Of a DNA stretch of 64,000 nt, positions 16,872-31,300 are shown piece after piece. The DNA comes from the human T2T-CHM13v2.0 reference genome, Homo sapiens. A program made the translations under genes and the position numbers. Within the stretch, counting starts at the first letter, position 1, and each line of letters begins with the position of its first letter. The notes beneath the pieces were generated by a model, which was not told the DNA's origin, searched no databases, and was given only the letters and a program-made list of their open reading frames with translations. The stretch lies in assembly GCF_009914755.1 (NCBI RefSeq), contig NC_060926.1; one strand, given 5' to 3'.

Positions 16872-17669
16872 CGCGGCGGTGGGGGCAAAAAACTGCAGCG
16901 GTGGGCGCAAAAAGCCGGGGCGGTGGGGGAAAAAGCCAGGGCGACGGGGGCAACAAGCCATGGCGGCGGGGTCAAAAAGCCGTGGTTGCGGACGCAAAAA
17001 GCTGCGGTGGCGGAGGCAAAAAGCTACGGTGATGGGCGCAAAAAGCCGTAAAAAGCCGCAGCATTGGGGGCAAAAAGCCGCGACGGCGGGGGCAAAAAGC
17101 CCGGGCGGTGGGGGCAAGAAGCCGGGGCAGGAAAAACCTGCGGCGACAGGGGAAAAAACTCGCGGCGGCGGGGGCCAAAAGCCGCGGCGGCAAAAAGCCG
17201 CAAAAAGCCGGGGCGGCGGGGGCAAGAAGCCGCGGCGGGAAAAACCTGCGGCGGCGGGGGCGAAAAGCCGTAAAAAGCCGCGGCGCCGGGGGCCAAAAGT
17301 CATAAAAAGCCGCGGCGGCGGTGGCAAAAAGCCGCAGCGGAAAAAGTCGCGGTGACGGGGGCTAAAAGCTGCAGCGGCGGGGGAAAAAAGCCGCGGCGGC
17401 GAGGGCAAAAAGCCGCGGCGGTGGGGGGAGAAAGACGCAAAAAGCTGCGGCGGCAAAAAGCCGCGGCTGCGAGGGCAAAGATCCCCAAAAAGCCGCGGCA
17501 GCAGGGGCTAAATTCCGCGAGGCCGGGGGCAGAAAGCCGCGGTGGCGGGGGCAGAAAGCAACGGAGGCGGGGGCAAAAAGTCGAGGCGGCGGAGGCATAA
17601 AGCCGCAAAAACCCGCAGCAGCGGGGGCAAAAATCCATGGCGGCAAAAAGCCGCGTCGGCGGGGGCAAA
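16872..17669 (+). repeat. GC-rich tandem repeat, ~20-22-bp unit GGGGGCAAAAAGCCGCGGCGGC (CAAAAAG-type pericentromeric repeat)
   Basis: Read directly: recurring A4-6 tracts between G-runs and CCGCGGCGG. Confidence 0.93.
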
Positions 17670-17816
17670 GTAGTGGAAATGGGGTAGAAGGCCAGAACAG
17701 CTTGGCATTCCTGGAGTGTGATGTGGAAGGAAAAGTGCAGAGGAAGACAAACAAAGATGTAAGTTGGCTTGACTCAGTGCAGCTAAGAACCCAGATGTTA
17801 TCTTGATGTTATCTAT

Positions 17817-17943
17817 CAGCTAATTTTTTGTAGTTTAGTAGAGAAGGGGTTTTACCACATTGGCCAGGATTGTCTGGATCTCCTGACCTCATGATCCACG
17901 CACCTCAGCCTCCCAAAGTGATGGGATTAGAGGCATGAGCCAC
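17817..17943 (-). mobile_element. Alu left-arm fragment
   Basis: 'cagctaattttttgtagtttagtagaga...ctcctgacctcatgatcc...ggcatgagccac'. Confidence 0.85.
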
Positions 17944-18985
17944 AAAGTGCTCAAAAAATCTATTAATTAAAAAATGTGTATGTAGCCGTCTTTAATCTAC
18001 CATGTCCATTAGCAGATAAATACTATAAGCAAAATAGCAACAATGAGAGAAACATAGACTTAGAGTAGATACTCTGATTTATTTAATAAAAATTTGAAAA
18101 TAGACCAAATTACTCTATGATAAAAAAAAATCTGTTGCTATTGAGGATGAGGGTTAGTGTTTGGAAAGGGGCAGGAGAAGTATCACTATTTTTAGTAATG
18201 TTCTATTTTCATACATGGTTATAAGCAAATACATGTGTTTCATTAATGAAGCTATCCATATTTAATCATTGTACTTTTCTGCATGTATGATATATGTCAA
18301 TAAATGTCTTATATACAGCAAAAATAGACAAAACCACAAGAAGACATACACAAATGTTAAACCTAGAGAGAAATTTGAATATAAGTAAGTCTCTGAATGA
18401 CTGCTAGAACAAACCGAAAAACAGGATGGAGAGGTTTGGAACAGCATGATTAGCAAAATGGACATATCTGTCTTTTAATATAGGCAGAAACATAGTTAGA
18501 TAAAAAAAGGACTTGTCTCAGAGCATGATTTCTGAAAATAGTGGAATCGAGTTTGAATCTAGTAAGTACATATAAATAAATGTCTTAAAACTCCTCTTAT
18601 GTTAGCTAATTAAGAAACATTATTGTAATAGACATTAGAAAATATTTTAATAAATTGAGTGGATTTAACACGCTAAGGAAATGATCTTACTTGCATTTGA
18701 TAGTTCAATTAGATACATATACACCTATAGGTAGTTTAAAATATTTCTAATAACCTTATATACTTTTAAAAAGCATTGATATCTGTTTGCACTATCTGGT
18801 CTATAGAGTACACATACCAAACATGATTATAGCTCTTCTGCTATAAACTTCAAATGTCTAAGTAATACAAAAATCTAGAATGAGAAGAGTTCTTTGCATT
18901 TTTTTTTTTTTTTTTTACCAAATAGAATATAGGAAGGATAGCTGCAAATATACCTGACACACTTATCTGTGAGTATGGTGGTAGC

Positions 18986-19283
18986 CTTTTTATTTTATTT
19001 TATTTTTCAGAGAGGGTTTCACTTTGTCACCCAAGATGGGGTGCATTCATGTGATCAGAGCTCACTGAAGCCTTCACATACTGTGCTCAAGCGATTCTCC
19101 CACCTCAGTCTCCTGAGTAGCAGGGACTGCAAGTGCATGACACCATACTAGCTAATTTTTGTAAAGATGGGGTTTCACCATGTTGCCCTGGCTGATCTCC
19201 AACTCCTGGACTCAAGAGATCTGGCCACCTTGGCCTCCCAAAGTGCTGGGATTATAGATTTGAGGCACCGCGATCAGCCCAGC
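18986..19283 (-). mobile_element. AluJ element
   Basis: (TTTTA)n tail and both arms, ending 'cagcccagcc'. Confidence 0.88.
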
Positions 19284-21041
19284 CTTAAAAAAGGGTGACT
19301 AGAGATCTTTATCTATGTATATCTATCTATAAAATAAACATATGTGTTTCTTATATAAAAATATATACTATTAATATTATATAAAAATTTTTTTCAAGGT
19401 AGAAATATATAAAGAGGGTGCATGTAGAGCCTGGGGCATTGTGTAGTGAAGCTCAAGGCCTCTGAAGAAATGACCCTTGCCTCTTTTGTCTGGGCTAGAA
19501 TCCGAGAAGGGAAAGCAGCAGATGCACTGGTTCCCAGGTTCTTGGCATCCTACAGAGAGAAACTTGTTTGAGCTAGGGTAGCGTTAAACACCCTTGTTCT
19601 TACTCTCCTGTTTTATGTAGTGAGCAGAGACTAGCTTCATGAGAACAGACTGTGACAGCCAAGGCTGTCTGTTATTTTGTGCAGCATTAATTGAGAAATT
19701 CTAGCACCTGAAGACCTCTGGGCCATTTGAGGGTAGGTGCAGGGGAGGAAAGGGAAGTTTGCATCCCTCATGCTGTGGAGAGAACCCGTGGGGAGCACAG
19801 ACCTTGTCCTAACTGAAGGCAGACCCCCTTGCTAACCAGATTCTCATCAGCCAACCCTGGATGAGTTTCTATGTCTATTTACTAAATAATCCTCATTGCT
19901 TTTCTTTACATGGGCAAAGTATGGTTTGCAGGGAATATTGTTCCTTTGAACACCCATCATGGAAAACCCTTCCTGTTGTGGGAAAACAGGCTTCCATATG
20001 TGTCTTATTGGGAAACACATAGGCAATTTCTATGTTTTTACTGCATCTATTTCAGGGATATGGGAACTGAATAGTGCCCATCAAAGGCTCACCTGATGTT
20101 GGAAATTGATCTGAGAGCGCGGAAGGACATAATTCTTTCTTTGTTCCTGGGCAGCGGTGGTTGAGGGTTCACTTTGTGGCAGCTACAGTGGCAATGATGG
20201 AGGCAGAATGGAGGGCTCAGTACCAAGACAAGGAGAGACTTGGCCTCACAATGGCAGCATTGCAGGGGTGCGCTCTACAGAGCATTTGCTCACATGGTTT
20301 TGGGCATTGTCTCTAACTACATTGCTTCCCCAATAGGTTGACCCATTCTAACTAACTCCTTTTCTCTTTAAAAAAGCAAACTTCATTTGTATGACTTGCA
20401 ATTGTAAACGACACCAATTGGCCAGTTATCATTCAAATTCTCTGTTACTTAATCCTGCCTTTTCCTGACGTATGCAAATTTCCCCTAAAAAATTGGACAC
20501 TTTGTTGCTTACTCATTGTCTTTACACATTTTAAAATGTTGCTTTAGGCCCCAATCCCTAACTACATTTTCAATGTTTTGCAAGTGGAGTCCATGTGTTC
20601 TTGATTTACATGAAGCTCAAAATAAAGGTTATAGTAACTAGTACTTCATAATTAAGCAAAAAGCTCTTATTGAAAAATGACAGAACTATACATAGGGATG
20701 ACAACATGGAGAGATATTTCGTGAGATCACAAACTTATGGTATAGCAGAAGTAGAACGCTGAGTAGAGACTCTGTGTTCCCAATCATTATTTCTACCACC
20801 AGCTTTCTATTTTGATGTTAATAATGTTCTTATGTGGGAAACCCTACATATTTGCCAATGTTTAGTTCATTGACAAAGAAATAGAAACAGCTTCAAGAAC
20901 ACTCGAATCTTTAAAAAATAAAATACCTATAATTGGCCATACGAAATAATTGGTACTTGACATATACTGAGATCGTTTTATTTTGTGCTAGATAAATGAA
21001 GTCATAGAACAGAATGTGCTTTAAATATTATGAATAGTGCC

Positions 21042-21044
<3 letters not shown>

Positions 21045-21082
<38 letters not shown>
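21045..21082 (+). repeat. (GT)n microsatellite
   Basis: Read directly, ~19 units. Confidence 0.97.
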
Positions 21083-21083
<1 letters not shown>

Positions 21084-23269
21084 TATAGATGCATATTAGG
21101 CCACTGAAAAGTTTTATTATTCTTTCCAGGAGAGAGACTGCCAACTTTTGAACCTAACTAGAACAATATATTGCTTCTTCATATTTTGATTAAGGCAAAG
21201 AGAGTCTAGTTAAAAATAATTCAACTTGTCGTGGAAATGCTATAAATTGCTGTGAAGTGAGTTGCTGGCTATGGCTTGTCAGAGTAAATATATTGTACAA
21301 ATCTTAGGGGAGAATCAGTGCTCGTGCATTAAAATCAAATCATCTTGCAGCACACTGAGAAAAAGGTTAGATTTTTAAAATAATTTCAAAGTCATGAAAA
21401 GAGCAAATATGCTCCACAAAGAGCCTAGCAACCCTCAATGACCAATGCCCCTTTTATATAGTTTGGTATCTGAATTAGAATCCCAGAATCTACAAATTCC
21501 TCTGGGTGAGGGTGCTGCATTTTGAGGATTTTATAACACTGCCATCACCAAGCTCTCTTTTGATATTCACTTTAAGGAGATAATTTACGGGCAACCAGAG
21601 AGCATAAACCAAAGTAGATATCTAACTAGATAGCCAGATACATCTCCATATCATTGACAGGATACATTCTGGCCGAGTGTGAGTACAACCTATGGATGTG
21701 GTTGGAGAGAACATGTGTTCCACCTCAATGGCAGATCAGGATTATTCCTTCTCATCTGCTGCAATGGCTCAATGTGTTAAGGAGAGGAGCGAGACAGCAA
21801 GAACCGCATTCATTCAGTCATACAGACCAAAAGGAGGAATGTCGCCCAGCCCTCTAAACTGACCCAGAACCCAGCTCATGTCTCAACTGCTACCTCTCCT
21901 ACTTAGAAAGAAGTAACTCCACCAAAGCAGGGTTCTGGACAAATATATTTTTATTGATCATATACAAATAGATGAAGATGGACTTGGATGTTAAGAAAAA
22001 TAATACTATACAAAATCAAGAGTAGACAGTCACCACTAGACTTAAATTAAGGGTGTGTACATTAGATAATTTAATCCAATGTATCAGGTAAAAACTTGAA
22101 CGAACCTTTTAGCCTCTTCCTTAAAATTCAGGAAAGCATGTCCTCCACAAAACAGAATCAAAATATAAATAAAAGACTGGCTTAAGATGAAAGGAAACCT
22201 TACAAATGAAAAGAAGCCAGATGAGAGGCCCTTAACTGAGAATGAAAAGAAATTGAGTGGACAAAATAATTATGAGATGAACCTTCAAATCAGAAAGAGG
22301 GAAAAAAGCTTATTTGATACTATGGGAACTCAAAAGAGAGTGAACAAAAATGTGAAAATTCCAGGAGTACAGAAAAGTAGCATGGCTAAATTAAGAGAAT
22401 GAGAAAATGTGTACAATTTTGAGTAATAAGAACAGAAATCAAAAGTAACTGTTGTATGTTATATTTTAGTAGAGGAACACTGAAGAAGAATGAAAACAAG
22501 AAATAATATTAAATATGAACATATGGAGAACAGAATAATATTTCTAAAATTTTTAGTTTCTAAGCTTATCTGAAATTTTAATTTTGTTTTCTTATGTAAT
22601 ACCAGAGTTATTAGGAAGGTATTATCTACTAACACTATTTTCAGTGATATTTTAAGTAGTTGTCCTAGTTAAATTTCTATTTTTTAAAAATGTATATTTA
22701 AAAATACATTAAATGTGTATATACATCAATCATATGTATCGATTTCTGTTTTTCTTGAATTGCAAATGAAATTTGTATTTTTGTGTTCCTGGAATAAAAT
22801 AAACTTGAATGGATTGTAATATTTTATTCATGCTGTAATTCAATGTATTTGAATTCTTTAAGAATGTTACATTTACAGTTAACAGATACTGACCTATAAA
22901 TTTTCTGTCATATAATGATGCTGTGAGACAATCTAAGAAGAATTAAAATTTAAATTCATGTATTCTTACTTTTTTCTCTGTTCTCTAACTGTAATATATT
23001 TTAATTACAGATGGAGGAACAGACAGATGTTAGATAAATAGATATATAATATATAGATCATCCAAAATTCTTATTCTTATGGTTTTATGTAGTCAGTATT
23101 TACCTCTATTTTTCTACATGTTTATCCTTCCAATTTAGTTCATTATTTCCTGCACCTTTGATTTCATATATATAAACAGGAAATAACACATGGTGGCCGT
23201 TATGTAGAGAGAGCCACAGGACTTGTGAATAAAATCCACAGGCAAGGACGTGGCGATTCGTTTTGCAAT

Positions 23270-23914
23270 ATTGGAGGGAATGCCAAACCCTATGTTTGCT
23301 GTGGAAAAGAGTATGGTAGTTCCTCAAAACATCAAAATGGTATTGCCTTACGATTCAGCAGCCCCACATCTCAAGACAGCAAAAGAATTGAAAGCAGAGT
23401 CTTGAAAAAATATTTGCACATCCATGTTTGCAGCAGCATTATTGGCAATAGCTAAAACGTAGAAGCAATTGAAGTGTCCAACAACAGATGAATGGATATG
23501 CAAAACATGATATATACATACAATGGAAAATCATTCAGCCTTAAACATGAGGGAAATATTCAGACATATGTTGCATCTTGGATGAAACTTGAGGATATTA
23601 TGCCAAGTGAAATAAGTTAGTCAGTGAAGGACAAATACAGTACAATTCCATTTGTATAAGAGACTTAAACTGGACAGAATCATAGAGATAGTACAATGAT
23701 GAATGCCAGAAGCTGGGGGGAGGAAGACATGGGAAAGTACTGTTTAATGGGTATAGAGTTTCAGTTTCACAAGATGAAACGAGTTATGGAGATGGATGGT
23801 AGGGACGGCTGCACAATGTTATGACTATATTTAGTACCACTGAACTGTACATTTAAAATGGTTAACAGAGTACATTTTATGTTATGTGTATTTTACCACA
23901 ATAAAAAAATAAAA
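23270..23914 (+). mobile_element. L1MA/L1MB 3' end
   Basis: 'atatttgcacatccatgtttgcagcagcattatt...acagatgaatggat...ccactgaactgtacatttaaaatggtt...ttttaccacaataaaaaaataaaa'. Confidence 0.8.
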
Positions 23915-25609
23915 TACCTTAGGAACATTTTCCTGAAAGAGTCCACATAAAATTCATTTTAATGCATGTGTTTATGCATAGCTTTCTATTTTTCTCTTTT
24001 CTATTTATATTCCAAATTAGAATATAATGCTAATCAAGCATAGTGGCTGTGTTTCTTGCTTCCTCTAGTCTGCAGGTAGCATACAAATGTAAGAAACTAC
24101 TCATTAATGTCACATCTATTTATTTTCTGCCTTATACCAAGCTTGTGGGATTCTCTTAAATACAACATTTTTATACTTACACCTATGAAATACCCATTAA
24201 CATCGCCTTCCTAAATCAGTGGAAATTGAGTCTCTGTAAGGTGCAGTAACTTACTAAGATACAAAACTCAGCATTTAAGTCTGTATACTTCAATATCCTG
24301 CCCTCTTCTCATTTGTCTTTACTGCCTTTTATGTATGTGTTAGATGTTCAATAAATTCTCTTTTTTAAACTGAATTTAAGCCGTGGAGCAGTGTTTTGTT
24401 GAACAATAAATATGATATTGGACACTCTTCCTCCCTTTCATTTACGATCCTGTTCAAGAAAAAGAGAAATTCTTTCATTGCGCTAGAAGCTTAAAATAAT
24501 GAAAATGCCACTTTCTACATTAAACAGAAACTGAAGGGAATCAAGGTGAATTGGATGAGACATAGAAAACAAGTGGGAAATAAATCTAGTATAATTTCCC
24601 CTTTGTGTACCTTTGTTATTTAGCATTTGAGAAAATTTTTCCCCCAAATATCTTCCCATCTTAATTCATGTCTATAAAGTAGACATTTATGCCTCACCTT
24701 GTCAAGAAGGGCAAACTCTAACATAAACATTTCCCAAAAATGCTTCCTGCTAAAACATAAGCTCGGTCTGGCTAGAAATTAAGCTCACTTCATAAAAATT
24801 AATTGGTAGCTAATCTTTGCATGCTGTTCTCTGAACTTGAGTGAAAGCTGTCCATCAGGCATACAGGGAATGACGGAAAAGGTGACAACAGAAGATGAAT
24901 GCTATGTCACTAACCTTCAAAGATGACCTTCCTTTTCTTTCAAATTCTTGATGTCTTAAGATTTCATTAATTCATCTTTCTTTGCCCTTGGTTCAACATT
25001 GTGCTATACCAAAACTCATGTAAAACGATGATGTATTGTAATAAAAATGGCATTTTTCTTTCATGTAGATTCAAGCTATGTGGCATTTTTACAATCGACA
25101 TATTTCCGTTGTCAATTTTTCATTCTGTATTGGAAGTAATTGATAGGTATTTCTGAAGGAATGAAGGTATTTCTGTGTTCATTGTGATCCAAACTTTTTT
25201 TAGACCTAGTGGTGTTTGTAAAACAATTTGTGCCAGCTGACCAAGGACCACTGTGGCAGAAAGCAGCAAACTTGCATAAGATGTCACTGCCTCATCAGTT
25301 GGCTTTGAAAACTAGGGGCTTATTCTATAGTCCTCTGAATCAAAGACATTGATAGATGTAGTATAAGATTACAATCATACTTTCCTTTTGACAGTCACAT
25401 TATAAAGCATGATGTATTGCAATTAATCTCAATTAGCTGATCACAATTAAAATTAATAGCTTATTATTGCTGATAAAAAATCATGACTCTCCTGTTCTCA
25501 AATGTGCAAGTAATTCTTGTAATTTTAATACAAATGTGCATATTATTACTAATTGATTTAATCTCATTGTATTTGGTTCATGGATCCAATTTATTAAAAT
25601 ATTGATAGT

Positions 25610-25950
25610 GTGGTAATGATTTGTCTCCCCATTTCATTTACACTAAAAGACACAATTCGTACAATGGTCTGCAAGCCCATCATGATCTGCCGCATGTTAA
25701 CCGCCAAAATTCTTTTATGTCTTCACCCTTGATCTTACCAGTGGTCCTGTCCACCTCACTGTCCTCTGGACATGCCAACATGCTGCTGTCTTATGACCAA
25801 GACTCTAGTTAATTTCTTGGCTTTGAAAGAAATCCCCCCATATATCCATTGATCAGCTCATTCGACTCCTCAAATCTTTACTGAAACCTCACATTCTCGA
25901 TGAGACCTATTCAGTATTTCAAACTGCCTCCCAGCTGAAACATTCCAAAA
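25610..25950 (+). mobile_element. L2 fragment
   Basis: 'acaatggtctgcaagcccatcatgatctgcc...cagctcattcgactcctcaaatcttt' resembles the L2 3' region. Confidence 0.4.
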
Positions 25951-28029
25951 CCCCTTAGTCTTCTGTGTATTTTTGAAAGGATTTATTGAGATATAATTTA
26001 CATAGTGTAGAGTGCACATATTAATGTCTACAAGTCAATGGCTTTTAGTATATACGCAGATAAGTGGAGCCATCATCACAATGAATTTTAGAGCATTTTC
26101 ATCACTTCAAAAAGAAACCCCACTTTCTCTAGCTGTTAACCTCCTATGCACTCATCCCCTACTCAATCCTAAGCAACCACAAATCTGTTTTCTGTCTCTG
26201 TAGATTTTCCTATTCTATTTTCATCTAAATAGAATCATACAATAGGTGGCCTTTTGTGCCTGGCTTCTTTCAGTTGGCATAATGCTATCAAGGTTCATAT
26301 GCGTATCGGTACTTTATTTGTTTTTATACCTGTATAACATTCAATTTCATGGATATGACATTTTGTTTATCCAATAATATTTTTATTGACATTTGAGTTG
26401 TGTTCAACCTTTGGCTATTTTAAATACTGCTGCTAAGAATACTTGTGTACAATTTGTGTTTGAACACCTCTTTCCAATAATCTGGGTGTATACCTGGGAA
26501 TAAATTTCTGGGTCATATGACAATTCTATGTTTAATATATTTAGAAGCCATCAACCTATTTTCCAAAGTGGTCAGTTCTAGCCATAGCGTATCTAACTGT
26601 GGTTTTGATTTGTAGTTGCCTGATGAGTGATGCTGTTGAGTATCTTTTTATGGGATTATTGACCGTTCGTGTATCTTCTTGGAAAACACATCTATTCCTA
26701 TCATTTATCAGTTTTGAGTTGGGATATTTGTTACTGAGTTAAAACAATTTTTCTATATTCAAGATACATATATATGCAGACATATAGATATGTGTTTTTC
26801 AAATATTTTCTCACAATTTTTGAGCTGCCTTTTGACTTGCTTGGTTGTCCTTTGAAACACCAATGTCTTTAATTTTTAAGAAATTTTAAATATCTCATTT
26901 TTATTTTGTTGCTCATGTTTTTGGTGTTACAGCTATTTCTTTGCTAGATCCAAAATCCTGAAGATTTTCCCATATGCTTTATTCTAGCTCTTCCATGTAT
27001 GTCTTTAATTCATTTGTGTTAATATTTTTGTATGCTTTGGGGTAAGGGTTCCAATTTATTATTTTGCAAGTGGCGATCCACGTGTACGCTGTTGACCCAG
27101 TTTGTTCAAAGACTGTCCCTTCCTCATTGAATTGCACATGGCACCACTGTAAGAATCCATTGACTATAGACACATAGTTTTATATATGGACTCTCAATTC
27201 TCTTCCATCAATCTATATATTTTTCTTTCATCAGTGTTGTGTTGTCTTGATTACTGATGCTTTGCCGTAAGGTTTGGAGCACGGGGGTGTGAATTATCCT
27301 AATACGTTTTCTTTTTTCAAGACTATTTTGGCTATTTTGAGTCCCTTATATTCCCATGTGTATTTTAGAATCAGCTTGTCAGTTTCTAGACAGAAGTCTG
27401 TTGGGATACTTGCAGGGATTACGTCAAATCTGTAGTTCAACTTGAAAGTACTACAATATTAAATCTTCCAATTCATGGCTGTAAGATATTTGCTAATTAT
27501 TTAGGTCTTCTTTAAACAATAATTTTTAATTTTCAGAGTAAAATCTTGTATCACATTTTCCAAATTAATTATTATTTCTTTTTTTGATGCTATTTTAAAT
27601 TCAAGTGTTTTCTTAATTTCATTTTTGGGTTTTCATTGTAGATGTGTGCAATTGATTTTTGTAGATTTATCTTGTATGCTGTAATATTGCTGAAATAATT
27701 TACTAGTTCTATTGTTCAGTGAATTCCTTAAAATTTTCTATATACAAGAATATTATTTTCAAATAAGGTTTTATTTCTTCCTGTTCAATATGGTTGACTC
27801 TTTTTTTTTAGTTGCCGACTTGCCCTGCATAAAATCTCTAGTACAGTGTTGACTAGAAGGGCTCAAAGTATATATCCTATTCCTATCTCTGACCATAGCG
27901 GGAAAGCATCCTTTACCATTAAGTTGCATTCTTGCTGTTGGCTTTTCACAGGTGCCATGTATCTGGTGTAGAAATTTCTCTATTCCTGGTTCATTGAGTT
28001 TTTATTTTTATTTTTAATCATTAAAGCAT

Positions 28030-29543
<1,514 letters not shown>

Positions 29544-30059
29544 GTTAAATGTCTTTTCTGAATCTATCGACATGATCATGCAATTCTTGTTTCTTATTCT
29601 ATGGATAAGATGTATTACCTTAATGGATTTTGGGCTGTTAAACCAACCTGAGATTACTAGTATAAATTTCACTTTGTCATAGTGTATAATTCTTGTATAT
29701 GTTGCTAGATCTGATTTGTTAGTAGTTTTTAAGGAATTTTGCATTTATACTTATAGTAGTTTTATTTTTCTATGCTATTTGGACTAATTTTTGTATCAAG
29801 GTAACACTGGCCCCATAGAATAAATTGGGAAGTGAATATTTCTCTTTTTTATAAAAGTCAGTCAAGAATTAATATTAATTAGTCAATACTAACAAATATG
29901 ATTAATATTATAAATTATTAATTTCTCTAATTTTTATTTTCTTCCTTCTGCTTGCTTTAGGTTTAGTTTGCTATTCTTTCCAGTGCCTTAATGTGGAAGG
30001 TTATCTTATCTCATCCTTTCCTTTGTCTTTTCATTTTCGAAATAGTGTCTTTTTAGCAT

Positions 30060-30450
30060 CAGGTGAGCTCCCCAGGTTGGTAGTACTCCATGTTTATTGC
30101 TGTACAACAATGACAGGTAATATGTCCTGAAGACAATGGAAATTTAACATTCAAAATCCTCCTAGATTCCACCTTATGTGATATGTCTCTTCCTTTGATT
30201 GGTCCTAATTTCTACCCTTTCTCTATTATAAACCATGAGTACAATGGCATTCAAAGACTTCTGTGAGTCTTTTTAGTAAATTCTTGAAACTGAGGGTGTT
30301 CTTGGGAAACCCCTGAACTGGCAATTGGTGACAAAAGTGCGAATCATCTTATATGGCCTCTTCCTTTGAACTTTGCAGCTGGACCCAAACTCTGCACAAT
30401 TTGGGGCAGAAGTCTCGTGTTGACTTTGCAGCCTAAATTATCTTGTAGTT
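30060..30450 (+). mobile_element. MER21-like LTR fragment
   Basis: 'ctgtgagtctttttagtaaattcttgaaactgagggtgttcttgggaaacccctgaact'. Confidence 0.55.
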
Positions 30451-30962
30451 TGTCTAACCCTCAATAAATTTGCTTTCATCAAATATTGTGTTTGTTACCC
30501 CAAAATTACCATCATGTTTTTTTCTCCAAATAACTAACATTGGGAGAAATAGCCAGCTGAATCTGTAACTCAACAGAAACAAGTGATCCATATACCATAT
30601 AAGTGGCCATTTCATTTTGCCTCCTTCCACCAGATCTTAGCAACCTCAACCATTGCCATGAGCCACTGTAGGCCTACCATCTACAAACAAACAAGTATCT
30701 TTTAAAAAGACTTCATACTCCCATTTGATAAATTTCCCAGCAAAGAGATGCTTACTTTAACTCTATGCAAGTGGCTCATATTCTCAAAGTCTGGAGATAT
30801 TATTCATGTAGTGTGAGAAAATCATCCCAGCGATGCCAGCACATTCTCCTTCCCATGATCTGCTTACTTTGCAAAGATATTCAGGCCATAGGTGAGAGAT
30901 TTGTATTTCAAAGTACAACAATTTTATGGAGGTCATTGAAACTTAGATTTAGCATTTTAGCA

Positions 30963-31300
30963 CAGTCACGCATCACTGAATGACAGGGATACGTTCTAAC
31001 AGATGCATCCATAGGCAATTTCATCATTTTGCCAACGTCAGAGAGAATATTACAAACACCTAGTTTGTACAGCCTACCACGTTTAGGTTATATGATATAA
31101 CCTCTCTCCCCTAGGCTACAAACCTGTGTACTACATTACTATACTGAATACTGCAGGCAATAAGAACACAGTGGTAAGAGTTTATGTATCTAAACATACT
31201 TAAACATAGAAAAGAATGTAAAAATATGTATTATAATCTCATGGGACCACTTTTGTATATGTAATCCATCTTTGAAATGTTATTATACATGACATGACTC
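30963..31300 (+). mobile_element. Tigger3a/MER7A (TcMar-Tigger) non-autonomous DNA transposon
   Basis: TIR-like ends 'cagtcacgcatcac' and 'catgacatgactc|ta'; internal 'cctaggctacaaacctgt...tatctaaacata...ctcatgggaccac'. Confidence 0.8.

Larger units (their letters stand above)
16220..17670. promoter_or_regulatory. CpG-island-like region (KSR1 exon 1 copy plus GC-rich repeat)
   Basis: Visibly high GC and CpG density against AT-rich flanks. Confidence 0.75.

Noticed and set aside
16713-17754. Overlapping Arg/Gly/Lys- and Pro/Phe-rich ORFs on both strands
   Set aside because: Translations of the stop-poor GC-rich tandem repeat.
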